A stretch of DNA of 64,000 bases from an uncultured Phycisphaerales bacterium (GTDB lineage: Bacteria > Planctomycetota > Phycisphaerae > Sedimentisphaerales > Anaerobacaceae): positions 480,001 through 544,000 of the forward strand of contig OY970359.1 in the NCBI GenBank assembly GCA_963718665.1, given 5' to 3'. The notes beneath the pieces were generated by a model, which did not search any database, was not told the DNA's origin, and saw nothing but the letters and a program-made list of their open reading frames with translations. Both the position numbers and the translations under genes were made by a program. How positions within the stretch are numbered: the first letter of the stretch is position 1; every line of letters begins with the position of its first letter. Shown one piece after another: positions 28,981 through 39,418 of this stretch.

Positions 28981-29610
28981 ATGATAGCACGACTCGAAGG
29001 AAAACTTGTTAAGCTGGATACCGAAAGCGCATTAGTACAGGTGGGCGCGGTTGGGTATGAGGTTTTGCTGCCGGGGTATTGCATAAGTGCGTTAGCGGGC
29101 AGCATCGGCTCAAATATCACACTTTGCACGATGGAATACTATGAAGGAACATTGGGCGGCGGGAACCTTATCCCCAGGATAGTCGGATTTTTAAGCGACG
29201 GCGAAAGAGAATTTTTTCACAAGTTCACCAGCGTCAAAGGCATCGGCGTGCGAAAGGCGCTGAGGTCGCTGACAATACCGATTGCCAGTATCGCATCGGC
29301 GATTGAAAACGGGGATGACAAGACACTGACCGCGCTTGACGGCGTGGGTAAAAGAACAGCGCAGCAGATTATCGCGGAACTTAAAGGCAAATTAGGCAGA
29401 TTCGCAATCGGGGTCGGGCCAACTGGTGTGGCTGCTCCTGCTTTCAAACCATACCAGGCAGAGACGCTTGAGATTTTGATTGCCTGGGGTGAGAAGCGAA
29501 ATGAGGCAATGGAGCTGATTGAGCTTGCGTGCAAGAAACATCCGGATATAAAAAACGCGGAAGAGTTAGTACCGCTGGTGTATAGAATGAAACAAGGAAT
29601 TGAAGTATAA
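28981..29610 (+). CDS. ruvA: Holliday junction branch migration protein A
   Basis: MIARLEG, VGYEV, HhH motifs VKGIGVR and GVGKRTAQ; lies between ruvC and ruvB. Confidence 0.93.
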   Translation: MIARLEGKLVKLDTESALVQVGAVGYEVLLPGYCISALAGSIGSNITLCTMEYYEGTLGGGNLIPRIVGFLSDGEREFFHKFTSVKGIGVRKALRSLTIPIASIASAIENGDDKTLTALDGVGKRTAQQIIAELKGKLGRFAIGVGPTGVAAPAFKPYQAETLEILIAWGEKRNEAMELIELACKKHPDIKNAEELVPLVYRMKQGIEV

Positions 29611-29613
29611 GGA

Positions 29614-29640
29614 CTGGATTCCTGCTTTCGCAGGAATGAC
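29614..29640. repeat. 27-bp palindrome, second copy
   Basis: CTGGATTCCTGCTTTCGCAGGAATGAC. Confidence 0.85.
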
Positions 29641-29675
29641 AACGAGAGACGAGTAACAGGCCACGAGCGACGAAA

Positions 29676-30728
29676 ATGGCGATAGACAGGGTCATAACGA
29701 GCGATTCGAGAAATGAAGCGGAGGAGAATTTCAACGTTTCGCTTCGGCCAAAGCAGTTGCGCGAGTGCATCGGGCAACAAAAGGTAATCGACAAGCTCAA
29801 AATAGCGATTGAGGCGGCGAAAAAGAGAAATGAGCCGTTGGAGCATATCCTGTTTTATGGCCCGCCCGGATTGGGCAAAACGACATTAGCCAACGTGGTT
29901 GCCAACGAAATGGACGCCAACATAAGGTGCACATCGGGACCTGCACTGACAAAACAGGGCGACCTGATGGGGCTTTTGAGCAATATCAACACGGGCGATA
30001 CGCTTTTCATCGACGAGATTCACCGGCTGAGCACGCCTGTTGAAGAATTTTTGTACCCTGCAATGGAGGAATTCAGGGTTGATTTCACGGTGGATAGCGG
30101 ACTGCACGCAAAGACGATAAATTTCCCGCTGAAACGATTTACGCTAATCGGCGCAACGACACGGGCGGGACTGCTGAGCGCACCGCTGCGAAGTCGATTC
30201 GGGATGCTGTATCATCTCGAATTTTACAATACGGCGGATTTGACTTTGATTCTCAAACGCTCAGCAAAACTGCTGCAATTAAATTGCGATGAAGGGACAC
30301 TGAACCTGATTGCGACACGGTCGCGCGGCACGCCGAGAATCGCGAATCGGCTGTTAAAACGCGTGCGCGATTACGCACAGGTAAAGGGACAGGGCAAACT
30401 GACAACCGCGATTGTCGAAAGCTCGTTGAAGATGGAGCAGATTGACGAACTTGGTCTCGACGAATTAGACAGGTCATTTTTGCGGGCTTTGGCGGGGGTA
30501 TATGAGGGTGGGCCTGCGGGTATAGAAGCCATCGCGGCGACGCTGGGTGAGGAACGAGACACGCTGGAAGACGTGGTTGAGCCATATTTGCTGCAAATCG
30601 GATTTGTCCGCAGGACGAAAAGAGGCAGAGAGATAACAAACGAGGCGTGCAGGCATCTTGGTTTGAAATACAACAAGAAGCCAACTGCCAACGATGAGCC
30701 GGAACTGTTCGACTCCGGCCAGCAGTAA
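29676..30728 (+). CDS. ruvB: Holliday junction branch migration helicase B
   Basis: LRP, GPPGLGKTT, FIDEIHR, GATTRAG, SRGTPR. Confidence 0.97.
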   Translation: MAIDRVITSDSRNEAEENFNVSLRPKQLRECIGQQKVIDKLKIAIEAAKKRNEPLEHILFYGPPGLGKTTLANVVANEMDANIRCTSGPALTKQGDLMGLLSNINTGDTLFIDEIHRLSTPVEEFLYPAMEEFRVDFTVDSGLHAKTINFPLKRFTLIGATTRAGLLSAPLRSRFGMLYHLEFYNTADLTLILKRSAKLLQLNCDEGTLNLIATRSRGTPRIANRLLKRVRDYAQVKGQGKLTTAIVESSLKMEQIDELGLDELDRSFLRALAGVYEGGPAGIEAIAATLGEERDTLEDVVEPYLLQIGFVRRTKRGREITNEACRHLGLKYNKKPTANDEPELFDSGQQ

Positions 30729-30730
30729 AC

Positions 30731-32140
30731 TCAGCTTATAGAATAGGAAATTTTAATCTGAATCACCCTGCGAGTATCTTTGGTTACCTTTGCCCGTTCG
30801 CTTATCCTGACGGGGCAAAGCCAGATTATTTTTCCGCTGTCAACGACAACGAGTAATCGCCTCCGCAACGATTGAGATATCTTCACAGCGGTTAAAAACT
30901 TGCCAACTCTTTTTTCGCCTGCCAAACCTAAAGGCCAGAATTTATCGCCACGTTTTCTCAGGCGAACTTCCAGCGGCAGTTTCAATTTTTTAAAATCGAA
31001 CCATTCAACAAGATTCGTTTTGGTCTTCTTGAAGCCGGCCAGGTCTTTCTGTTCGATTTCGATAATATCCGCGTTGATTGTATAGGGGCCGAATTGCGTC
31101 GCTCCGGGCACTTTTAACGCAACAGGTTCTGCCGTAATTAATTGGGCCGGTTTAGTTTTCAGATGTTTCTCAAAAACGATTTTGCCCCCCTGCCGGCTCA
31201 CTGTTATGCGATTCGGAAGCTGCAAGCGTCCATCATCCGGTAATCGTAATATGCTTGTGTAATGCCGTTCTGTAACGTCCTGCTCACCTGTGCCAAGATG
31301 CATCAACACCCTGCGGATAATCTCAATTTTGATTTCAGCGGGCCGATTGGCAATTTTGCCGGAATCTACAACAATTTCGTTCTCATTTACACTGGTGATA
31401 TCGGGCCAAATCATATCAGTTGTTCGGCAAATCATAAGATAAAACCCGCGAGACACTTTTGACAGAACAGCAAGGTTTTCGACTATATCGCCTGTGGAAT
31501 TTTCCTGCAAAGCGGGGAGCAGGCGATAACGGATGAAATTACGCCTGTATGCAAAATCAGTATTAGTCCTGTCGGTGCACCAATTCAAATTGCGGCTGTT
31601 GAGGTATTGAATAATCTCATTGTGAGTGGCGCAAAGCAAAGGCCTTATGAATGTGATTCCGTCGGTAAACTTTTTCGCGGGCCAGATTCCGCATAGTCCG
31701 CGGAGACCAGTTCCGCGAACCAGGCGGTCGATAACTGTTTCGGCGTTGTCGCTTTTATGATGAGCGGTGGCGATACAGGAACAATTTTGCGATTTGGCAA
31801 TATCGACCAGATTCCGGATTCGCAGATTTCTCGCGGCCGTCTCGATTGAGAGTTTCATTTTTTTCGCGTAATCACGCACGTCGATTTTCTTAGTGATGAC
31901 GGGGACTTTGAGTTTTTGGCACTGCTCAATCACAAAATCTTCGTCTCTTTGCGCCTCGTCACCTCTCAACTGATGGTTGATATGTGCGCAGCAGATACCG
32001 AGCCGCAACGCAGCCAGAACATGTAACAAGGCGGTGGAATCCGCGCCGCCTGAAATCGCGAGCAGAACTTTTCCGCCAGCATGGGTAAGCTGTTCGGCTG
32101 CGATAAAGTCCGCTGTTTTTTGTTCAAGTTTCTTCAGCAT
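30731..32140 (-). CDS. tilS: tRNA(Ile)-lysidine synthetase
   Basis: SGGADS, HINHQLR, AHHKSDNAET, IRPLL, RNFIR. Confidence 0.94.
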   Translation of the reverse strand: MLKKLEQKTADFIAAEQLTHAGGKVLLAISGGADSTALLHVLAALRLGICCAHINHQLRGDEAQRDEDFVIEQCQKLKVPVITKKIDVRDYAKKMKLSIETAARNLRIRNLVDIAKSQNCSCIATAHHKSDNAETVIDRLVRGTGLRGLCGIWPAKKFTDGITFIRPLLCATHNEIIQYLNSRNLNWCTDRTNTDFAYRRNFIRYRLLPALQENSTGDIVENLAVLSKVSRGFYLMICRTTDMIWPDITSVNENEIVVDSGKIANRPAEIKIEIIRRVLMHLGTGEQDVTERHYTSILRLPDDGRLQLPNRITVSRQGGKIVFEKHLKTKPAQLITAEPVALKVPGATQFGPYTINADIIEIEQKDLAGFKKTKTNLVEWFDFKKLKLPLEVRLRKRGDKFWPLGLAGEKRVGKFLTAVKISQSLRRRLLVVVDSGKIIWLCPVRISERAKVTKDTRRVIQIKISYSIS

Positions 32141-32149
32141 CGACCGTCA

Positions 32150-32183
32150 AAAGCAAATGGGCCTGACTGTCGGTCAGGCCCAT
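32150..32183 (-). terminator. Possible intrinsic terminator after the TPR lipoprotein gene
   Basis: ATGGGCCTGAC-N5-GTCAGGCCCAT followed by TTGCTTTT on the minus strand. Confidence 0.55.
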
Positions 32184-32223
32184 AATTACGCGAAGTATTC
32201 ATTCGAACAAATTCAAGCCGAGG

Positions 32224-32772
32224 TTACGGCTGTGGTTTGACTTCCCCGGTTAATTCCTTGACCCGTTGTTCGGCAAAGGCGACCCACCGCTTATGCTCAT
32301 CCGATCTGGTTATCTTCGACAGGGCCTCCTGATAAATCTGCAGCGCCTCAGTTCTTCTGCCCAACTGGGTATCAAGAAGATACGCCGCCTTGAACCTGGC
32401 CGGGGTGGGCGTTTGCGGGTTCCACTGGTAGGTTCTCTGGTAATTCTTAACGGCGTTAGTGTAGTCCTTGAGGTACTCATAAATTCCGGCCATTCTGAAA
32501 GCAGCATCGTCTATTTTGTCGCTTTTAGGATATTTGTTTATAAACTGGTCATACTTATCGAGCGCCTTTCTCAACAAGGCCTCGTCCTTGACGACCTTTA
32601 ACGGGCCTGCCTGCTCTTCGATACGGACGGCCTCGGCATACAGGGCGTTAGCGTCCGAAGCGGCGCCGACCCTGGTATTCAACGTCTGTGATTTGCCCGC
32701 ATCCTTACCGTTACACCCTACGAGAACGAACGATAACGTTATAACCAATACGATAACTGCTAACCTTGCCAT
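32224..32772 (-). CDS. TPR-repeat lipoprotein
   Basis: Lipobox LVGC; YPKSDKIDDAAF TPR-type helices. Confidence 0.8.
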   Translation of the reverse strand: MARLAVIVLVITLSFVLVGCNGKDAGKSQTLNTRVGAASDANALYAEAVRIEEQAGPLKVVKDEALLRKALDKYDQFINKYPKSDKIDDAAFRMAGIYEYLKDYTNAVKNYQRTYQWNPQTPTPARFKAAYLLDTQLGRRTEALQIYQEALSKITRSDEHKRWVAFAEQRVKELTGEVKPQP

Positions 32773-32875
32773 AATGGCCTCCTTTCAATTTCATAAAACA
32801 GCCGGTAACTCCGCCGGCTACTCTCAATCACTTAACAATTTACCCAAACCCCGTCAAGAACAAACCGGCAAAAAA

Positions 32876-34249
32876 TCAATCCGTCGATTTCCTGATTATA
32901 ACCGCGGAATAGCCGCCGTCGTGGTCAAAGGACTCCGCCGAGGGCAAAATCAGCTTTTCGGATTCAATTTTGAACCTGGGGTTTTCCTTAATAAATCCGC
33001 GAACAAGCAGGCCGTCTTCTTCGGGCTGGATGCTGCAGGTGCTGTAACAGATAACGCCTTTGGGTTTCAGCATACCGGCGGCCTTCGATAGCAGCATCAT
33101 TTGTGTCTCTGCAAGTTTATTGACGTCGTTTTTGGTAATTCTATGGCGAACCTCTGGCCTGCGGGCCAGAACACTGGTATTCGAGCAAGGCGCATCGACC
33201 AGCACACAATCAAAAACGCCCTGCTTTTCAACATCATTATATTCGATTGTCGAGATACTGCCTGACAAACCAAGGCGGACAATATTTTCGCCGACCATTT
33301 TCAGGCGATTGGCGTCGATATCCGTCGCAATTATTTTAGCCCTGCCGCCTGTCGCTTCCGCCAACTGCGTTGTCTTTGTACCCGGCGCGGCGCAAATGTC
33401 GAGAATCTTCCAGTCCGGCTGCGGCTTCAAAGCCCGCACCGCCTGCGACGCGGCCAAATCCTGAACTGTGAATAACCCATCATCGAAGCCGGGTAATGCG
33501 GTTATTGCTTTGGGGCTTGCCAGTTTTATCATTTGCGATTCGGGTTCAATCTCGCAGTCAACTTCAGCGGCTTTGAGTTTCTCCGAAAGTTCTTTCGCCG
33601 TGGTTTTGAGCGGATTGGGTCTCAGGTAAACGCTCGGTCTGCGATTGCTCGCAAGGCAAATCTTTTCTGCCTGCTGCCTGCCATATTCGTCGAACCAGCT
33701 TTGAACAAGCCAGTTGGACAACGAAAACGCACAGGCAAGATACTCACACGGCGATTTGTCCGGGTCGGAAAGTATCTCCATATCGAATTCGCAGGCCGTA
33801 TTCGGCGTTTGCGGGATAAGTTTGCGGAGCGAGGATTGCTCGGCGGGCTTTTGACGATTGATTATGTGTTTTTGCGTCTGGCGAAGTATCGCGTTGACGA
33901 ACCCGCCTCCTTTTGTATTGGCGATATGCTTTGCGTATTCGACCGCCTCGCAAATTATCACGTATTCTTTTGCCTGCGGGCAATAAACCAGCTCATATAC
34001 CCCTACCCTGATGATATTCAGAATTTTACTCGGTATATGCACAATTTTAATTCCCGATACTTTTTCGATAACAAGGTCGATGACCAGCCGGTTTTTTATC
34101 ACGCCGAAGACGAGGTCGGTCGCTTTTTGCCTGTTGGCAAGTTTTGGGTACTGGTCTAATGCGTCGCCGGCAAATTGTTTGTCTTTGCGGGTTTCGGTGA
34201 GCACTTCGGCTGCGACGCCGCGAGCGGTTATAGGTTTCGGCTCAGGCAT
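32876..34249 (-). CDS. rsmB: 16S rRNA m5C967 methyltransferase (NusB domain plus Sun/RsmB)
   Basis: FVNAILR, VQD, DICAAPGTKT, DAPCS, YSTCS; adjacent to fmt and def. Confidence 0.9.
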   Translation of the reverse strand: MPEPKPITARGVAAEVLTETRKDKQFAGDALDQYPKLANRQKATDLVFGVIKNRLVIDLVIEKVSGIKIVHIPSKILNIIRVGVYELVYCPQAKEYVIICEAVEYAKHIANTKGGGFVNAILRQTQKHIINRQKPAEQSSLRKLIPQTPNTACEFDMEILSDPDKSPCEYLACAFSLSNWLVQSWFDEYGRQQAEKICLASNRRPSVYLRPNPLKTTAKELSEKLKAAEVDCEIEPESQMIKLASPKAITALPGFDDGLFTVQDLAASQAVRALKPQPDWKILDICAAPGTKTTQLAEATGGRAKIIATDIDANRLKMVGENIVRLGLSGSISTIEYNDVEKQGVFDCVLVDAPCSNTSVLARRPEVRHRITKNDVNKLAETQMMLLSKAAGMLKPKGVICYSTCSIQPEEDGLLVRGFIKENPRFKIESEKLILPSAESFDHDGGYSAVIIRKSTD

Positions 34250-34250
34250 A

Positions 34251-35204
34251 TCAATCCGTGATTTTGACGAACCGGTCGCCCGGCAAAACGCGTCTGCCGT
34301 TGACGAAATCAGCGAAACTCATCAGGCGGGAATTTTCCGGCTTCAACTGCATAATCTGCAAGCGGTCTTTGCCGCAGACGACGTTGAGGTTTTTGTCGAT
34401 TGTGCCGGGAGGCAGGTTCGCGGGATTATCCATTCGCAGGATATCCGCTTTAGCGAAGATGACTCGTTCCGCCCGGCTCGATTTTTGCGATTTGTAAAGA
34501 GCAGACACACCAGGCCAGGGCCACAAGCCAAGCATTTTGCGGTGCAGCAATTCCGCCGGCTCAGTGAAATCGAAAAAACCGTCGGCTTTTTTCAGTTTCG
34601 GGGCACGGGTGGCTGTGGCGTCATCCTGTTTTGCGTATTTGGCTGTTCCCGCCGCAATCTGGTCGATTGTCATAACGAGCAACGGCGCCGCCAGTTTCGC
34701 CAGCCGGTCGTGAAGTTTGCCCGCTGACTCCTCGCCGTCAATATCGGTACCGCATTGCGCGAGTATGTCGCCCGCGTCCATTCTTTCCGCAACCGTGATA
34801 ATACTGATGCCTGTTTCGGCGTCGCCGTTGATTATCGCCCAGTTTATTGGGGCAGCTCCGCGATATTTCGGCAGCAGCGACGCGTGAACGTTTATCGCTC
34901 CTTTTGGGGCGATACCGGTAACATCTTTGCTGATTTTCTGGCCGAATGCGATGACAACCAGAAGGTCGGGTTTGCAGGATTTTATTTTACCGATAATCTC
35001 GGATGAGTTCACATCAGGGGCTTCAATGACGGGCATCTTATTTTCAACTGCCCATTCGGCGACGGGCGTCGGCTTTTCTTTGCGTCCCCTGCCCGCGGGC
35101 TGTGCCGGCTGGGTGATAACGAGAGCAATTTTATGCCGCGAGCCAAGTATCACGTCGAGACAAGGTAAACCGAATTGGCCGCTTCCTAAATAAACGATAT
35201 TCAT
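34251..35204 (-). CDS. fmt: Methionyl-tRNA formyltransferase
   Basis: TQP..PAGRG, NVHASLLPKYRGAAPI, MDAGDI. Confidence 0.95.
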   Translation of the reverse strand: MNIVYLGSGQFGLPCLDVILGSRHKIALVITQPAQPAGRGRKEKPTPVAEWAVENKMPVIEAPDVNSSEIIGKIKSCKPDLLVVIAFGQKISKDVTGIAPKGAINVHASLLPKYRGAAPINWAIINGDAETGISIITVAERMDAGDILAQCGTDIDGEESAGKLHDRLAKLAAPLLVMTIDQIAAGTAKYAKQDDATATRAPKLKKADGFFDFTEPAELLHRKMLGLWPWPGVSALYKSQKSSRAERVIFAKADILRMDNPANLPPGTIDKNLNVVCGKDRLQIMQLKPENSRLMSFADFVNGRRVLPGDRFVKITD

Positions 35205-35227
35205 TGGTCTTTGGGGATTCCAGTTTT

Positions 35228-35755
35228 TCAGGAGCCAGCGTCGTTGTTCGCCTCTTCGAGTTTTTTCAACTGCTTTCGGTAAGTGATGCGGGCTATCGTC
35301 GGCATACGATTGACAATTGTAACGCCCTCGATGTGGTCAAACTCATGCTGAAGTGCGCGGGCGTAAAGTCCGTCGCCCTGCTCGGTGAAGGTTTTGCTGT
35401 CAAGGTCGGTTGCGGTAACAGTCGCAATACTGTATCGCTTGATTTTGGTATATACGCCCGGGACGGAAAGACAGCCCTCTTCGTTTTCTACAATCGGGCC
35501 CTCGCCCTTAACTGTCGGATTTACATAAACACGGACATTATTCCTGCTGCCGTCGAGAGAAATTATAAACAGGCGCAGAGGCACGCCCCCCTGCGGGGCG
35601 GCAAGGCCGACGCCCTTAAGCTCAACCATAATATCCGTCATCTTAACGACAAGTTGACGGATTGTATCGTCGATTTTATCGACCGGCAGTGAGGGTTCGC
35701 CCAGCACTTGTGCCGGGTAATGCGTTATATGACATTTTTCAATATCAATCGTCAT
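35228..35755 (-). CDS. def: Peptide deformylase
   Basis: GVGLAAPQ, EGCLS, QHEFDH. Confidence 0.96.
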   Translation of the reverse strand: MTIDIEKCHITHYPAQVLGEPSLPVDKIDDTIRQLVVKMTDIMVELKGVGLAAPQGGVPLRLFIISLDGSRNNVRVYVNPTVKGEGPIVENEEGCLSVPGVYTKIKRYSIATVTATDLDSKTFTEQGDGLYARALQHEFDHIEGVTIVNRMPTIARITYRKQLKKLEEANNDAGS

Positions 35756-35764
35756 CCTGGCTCT

Positions 35765-36508
35765 CTAATTAAACTCATCGCCTTTGAAACTATTACCTAA
35801 ATACGCTTTCTTGACGATTTCGTTCTGGATAACCTGGGCCGGGGTGCCTTCCGCGAGAACCTTGCCGTGGTCGATGATATACGCCTTATCGACCACCTCA
35901 AGCGTTCTTTCAACGTTGTGGTCGGTAACCAGGATGCTGACGCCGGAGGCGACAAGCTGGCGAATGTCATTTTGCAGATCCTGGACGGTAATTGGGTCAA
36001 CGCCGCTGAAGGGTTCATCGAGAAGAATAAGCGACGGCTCAGTAACCATAGCGCGTGCGATTTCGAGTTTTCTGCGTTCGCCGCCCGACAGAAACCGTCC
36101 TTCGCTCTCGGCCACCTCGGTCAGGCCAAACCGTTCAATCAGCTCGTCGGCGCGGCTATCCCTGTGCTGTTTTGTAACGGCCATTGTTTCGAGAATGGCG
36201 TAAAGATTATCGCGGACGCTGAGCCGCTGAAAGATGCTGGGCTCCTGCGAAAGATACCCGATGCCAAGACGTGCCCTTTTGAACATCGGCAGTTTTGTGA
36301 TGTCATTGCCTTCGAAGACAACCTGACCAGCCGTTGGGATTATCATCCCCATAATCATCCGGAAGCTGGTGGTCTTGCCCGCGCCGTTTCGGCCAAGCAG
36401 GCCAACGATGCTACGGTGGGCGATTGAGATTGAGACGCCGTTGACAACCGCCCTTCCCGAATACTTTTTCACTAATCCGCTTGCTTCGAGCAAATTCGTA
36501 TCAGCCAA
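35765..36508 (-). CDS. lptB: LPS export ABC transporter ATPase
   Basis: GRNGAGKTT, RARLGIGYL.QE.SIF, LSGGERR, DEPFSGVDP, TDHNV. Confidence 0.92.
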   Translation of the reverse strand: MADTNLLEASGLVKKYSGRAVVNGVSISIAHRSIVGLLGRNGAGKTTSFRMIMGMIIPTAGQVVFEGNDITKLPMFKRARLGIGYLSQEPSIFQRLSVRDNLYAILETMAVTKQHRDSRADELIERFGLTEVAESEGRFLSGGERRKLEIARAMVTEPSLILLDEPFSGVDPITVQDLQNDIRQLVASGVSILVTDHNVERTLEVVDKAYIIDHGKVLAEGTPAQVIQNEIVKKAYLGNSFKGDEFN

Positions 36509-36726
36509 GGTAATCCCCTTATTGAAGTAACATATTATTTTGGGGTATTATATCACCACCGTCATCCAAAGCAACCAAATAGAACCCGCCCCGGCATTTT
36601 GAAGCCGACCGCAAACAATCGCGAAAAACCAACAAATACACTGGCCTTTTTGTGGTTTTTCTGCTATTAAGTTACATTCGCATTATGTGTTTTATGGTAT
36701 AAACGGCAATCAACGATGAGTGAGAT

Positions 36727-37503
36727 ATGTTTGCAATTATAAGTGATATACATTCGAATATCGAGGCACTAACTACCGTCCTGGCTGATATCGAGAACCG
36801 CGGCATAAAAACCATTTACTGCCTCGGCGACGTCATCGGCTACGGCGCAAACCCGCGGGAATGTTTAGACCTGGTCCTCAACAAGACCAAATGGTGCGTT
36901 TTAGGAAACCACGATTACGCCACGCTTTATGAGCCGACAAATTTCAATTACGGCGCAGAACAGGCCAGCTTCTGGACACGTTTCAACCTCGAAGGCGAAC
37001 CTGACAAACAGGCCAAAGACAACCGATGGGGTTTTTTGGGCAAATTGCCTATGAGAAGGTCTTTCAAGGCAAAGCTCGGCGACGTCGCGGCAACCATCGA
37101 TTTTATACACGCATCGCCCCGCAGACCCATCAATGAGTATATCTTCCCCGACGACGTTTATACCAACCCCGTAAAGGTCCGTGTGCTTTTCGAGCGGGTC
37201 AAGCACTTGTGTTTCGTAGGCCACACGCATTTGCCGGGCGTATTCCTCGATGAGCCGGATTTTTACCTGCCCAACGAATTAGGTAACGTATATCCGATTG
37301 TCGAAGACGAAAAGGCGATTATCAACATCGGCTCGGTGGGCCAGCCACGCGACCACGACAACCGTGCAAGCTACGTTTACGTCGAGGAAAACGAGGTGCA
37401 TTTTGTCCGTCTCGAATACGATTATAAAACCACCGCCGAAAAAATCAGGGCGCTGGGGCAGCTCGATACCTTCAACGCCGACCGGCTTGAAGAAGGAAGA
37501 TAA
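36727..37503 (+). CDS. Metallophosphoesterase family protein
   Basis: SDIHSN, GDVIGYG, GNHD, GHTH, GSVGQPRD. Confidence 0.9.
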   Translation: MFAIISDIHSNIEALTTVLADIENRGIKTIYCLGDVIGYGANPRECLDLVLNKTKWCVLGNHDYATLYEPTNFNYGAEQASFWTRFNLEGEPDKQAKDNRWGFLGKLPMRRSFKAKLGDVAATIDFIHASPRRPINEYIFPDDVYTNPVKVRVLFERVKHLCFVGHTHLPGVFLDEPDFYLPNELGNVYPIVEDEKAIINIGSVGQPRDHDNRASYVYVEENEVHFVRLEYDYKTTAEKIRALGQLDTFNADRLEEGR

Positions 37504-37546
37504 AACTGTAACAGAAGACGAAAAACAGAGGACAGAAAACAGAAAT

Positions 37547-39418
37547 ATGAATTTAAAAACCATACTGGCACTGATGTTAATTGTTTTTTGTTCGCCCTGC
37601 ATAACTCTGGCTGCCGACGAAGCACCATCTCTACAGACGGCGCCTCAACCCAACTTCAGCGCAGTCGGCGGAGGTCCCAAAACCATAACCCTCGGCTCGC
37701 TCGACCCGAACACCGGATTCAAGTTTCTAATCGACCTCACATCCCGCGGCGCCGGTATCAGCGACGCCAAACTCAGCGAATTCGGCGACCTCGACCACAA
37801 AAATCCTCAGCCGCTCGTGATACTATCGCCGACAGTCAATCTCGACGGCACGCCTGCTTTTTCAATGGCAACCCGGTCGCTCATACTGGACAACCAGCTG
37901 CAGTTACGCTTAGACAAGCTCGACTGGACAGCCGGCGACGTCGAAACCGATAACGGCGCACAAACCGCCCGCTTTGAGGCAATCATAAAAGACAAGACCA
38001 CGGGCAAATTCGCCGTCAAACTGACAAAAATCTACCGTGTCACCCCCAAACTTTACGACCTCGACTGCGAGTTAGTCATAGAGAATCTCTCTTCCGATGA
38101 ACATAAAATCCAGTTTGAGATGACCGGCCCAGCCGGCATAAAAAGAGACGACCCGAGGACTGACTCAAGAAAAACCATCGCGGCTTTCAGAGATACCAAA
38201 GGCGAAATTGTCAGCACATCCCTGCCCATTGGCAAGCTTCAAAAGGCCACAACACCTGAAAGCAGACAGCTCGCCCAGCACAACGCGGGTTTTATCTGGG
38301 CGGCAATCACCTGCAAATACTTCACGGCCATCGTCATTCCAACGCCCGACGCGAATATGAATTTCTGCAACTGGATAACTGATAAGGAGGGCTGGTTCGC
38401 AAATCCGGATGGCGACTACCAGAATAATAGCGGCGACGAAACCATAGGCATCGACCTTAGAACCACAACTATTACGCTTGCCCCGGCAGGAAGTAAAACT
38501 TTAAGCTTCAAGTTATTCCTCGGCCCCAAGGATAAATCGCTGTTCGACAAAGTACCGATGTATCAAAACCTCGGATTTGTCAACACAATGGATTTTATGG
38601 CCTGCTGCTGCCCTGCCGCAATCATCCATCCTCTGGCCTTCGGAATCCTCTGGCTTTTGAAATGGGTCTATACGTTTATCCCCAATTATGGCATCGTAAT
38701 CATTATCCTCGTCCTGCTCGTCCGTCTGATGCTTCACCCTCTCACCCGGCTGAGCCAGGTGTCGATGAGCAAATACTCGAAATTCAACGCCTTGCCTGAA
38801 GTGCAGGACATAAGGAAACAATACGGCAAAAATATGATGGAGATGAACCGCCGAATCGCCGAGGTGCAGAAAAAATACGGCGTGTCTCACTCCGCGGCGG
38901 TTATGGGAATGCTGCCGACAATGGTGCAGATGCCGATATGGATTGCGCTATACGGCGCTGTTTACGCCAGTATCGACCTTCGCGGCGCACAGTTTTTGCC
39001 CTTCTGGATTACAGACCTCTCGGCTCCCGACGCGTTGTTCAGGTTCAAGGCGGTATCGCTGCCCCTGTTAGGCACGCTCGACTCGTTTAACCTGCTGCCG
39101 ATTCTGATGGGTGTGGCGTTTTACCTCCAGCAAAAACTTATGCCCGCACAGGTCGCCACCGACTCGCAAACAGCACAACAACAGAAAATTATGATGTTTA
39201 TGATGCCAGTGATGTTCCCGCTAATGCTATACAATTCGCCTTCGGGGCTGAATCTTTATATTATGGCCAGCGTTTTTGGCGGCGTCATTGAGCAATACAT
39301 CATCAAAAAACACATCGCCAAACAGGAACTGCTGGAAACCGAAAACTTCGTCCCCGTAACGAGTAAAACCGGCGGCAAAGTCAAAAAGCCAAAGCCGAAA
39401 CCGTTCTTCAGAATATAA
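37547..39418 (+). CDS. yidC: Membrane protein insertase YidC
   Basis: Periplasmic domain, GPK, NYGIVIIIL..LVR, QMPIW, WITDLSAPD, PSGLNLY. Start moved to MNLKT. Confidence 0.92.
   Translation: MNLKTILALMLIVFCSPCITLAADEAPSLQTAPQPNFSAVGGGPKTITLGSLDPNTGFKFLIDLTSRGAGISDAKLSEFGDLDHKNPQPLVILSPTVNLDGTPAFSMATRSLILDNQLQLRLDKLDWTAGDVETDNGAQTARFEAIIKDKTTGKFAVKLTKIYRVTPKLYDLDCELVIENLSSDEHKIQFEMTGPAGIKRDDPRTDSRKTIAAFRDTKGEIVSTSLPIGKLQKATTPESRQLAQHNAGFIWAAITCKYFTAIVIPTPDANMNFCNWITDKEGWFANPDGDYQNNSGDETIGIDLRTTTITLAPAGSKTLSFKLFLGPKDKSLFDKVPMYQNLGFVNTMDFMACCCPAAIIHPLAFGILWLLKWVYTFIPNYGIVIIILVLLVRLMLHPLTRLSQVSMSKYSKFNALPEVQDIRKQYGKNMMEMNRRIAEVQKKYGVSHSAAVMGMLPTMVQMPIWIALYGAVYASIDLRGAQFLPFWITDLSAPDALFRFKAVSLPLLGTLDSFNLLPILMGVAFYLQQKLMPAQVATDSQTAQQQKIMMFMMPVMFPLMLYNSPSGLNLYIMASVFGGVIEQYIIKKHIAKQELLETENFVPVTSKTGGKVKKPKPKPFFRI

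Noticed and set aside
36675..36701. dif-like site CATTCGCATTA-TGTGT-TTATGGTATAA
   Set aside because: The central spacer is 5 bp rather than 6 and the XerD arm is a poor match. It is more simply a TG-n-TATAAA promoter for the phosphoesterase gene.
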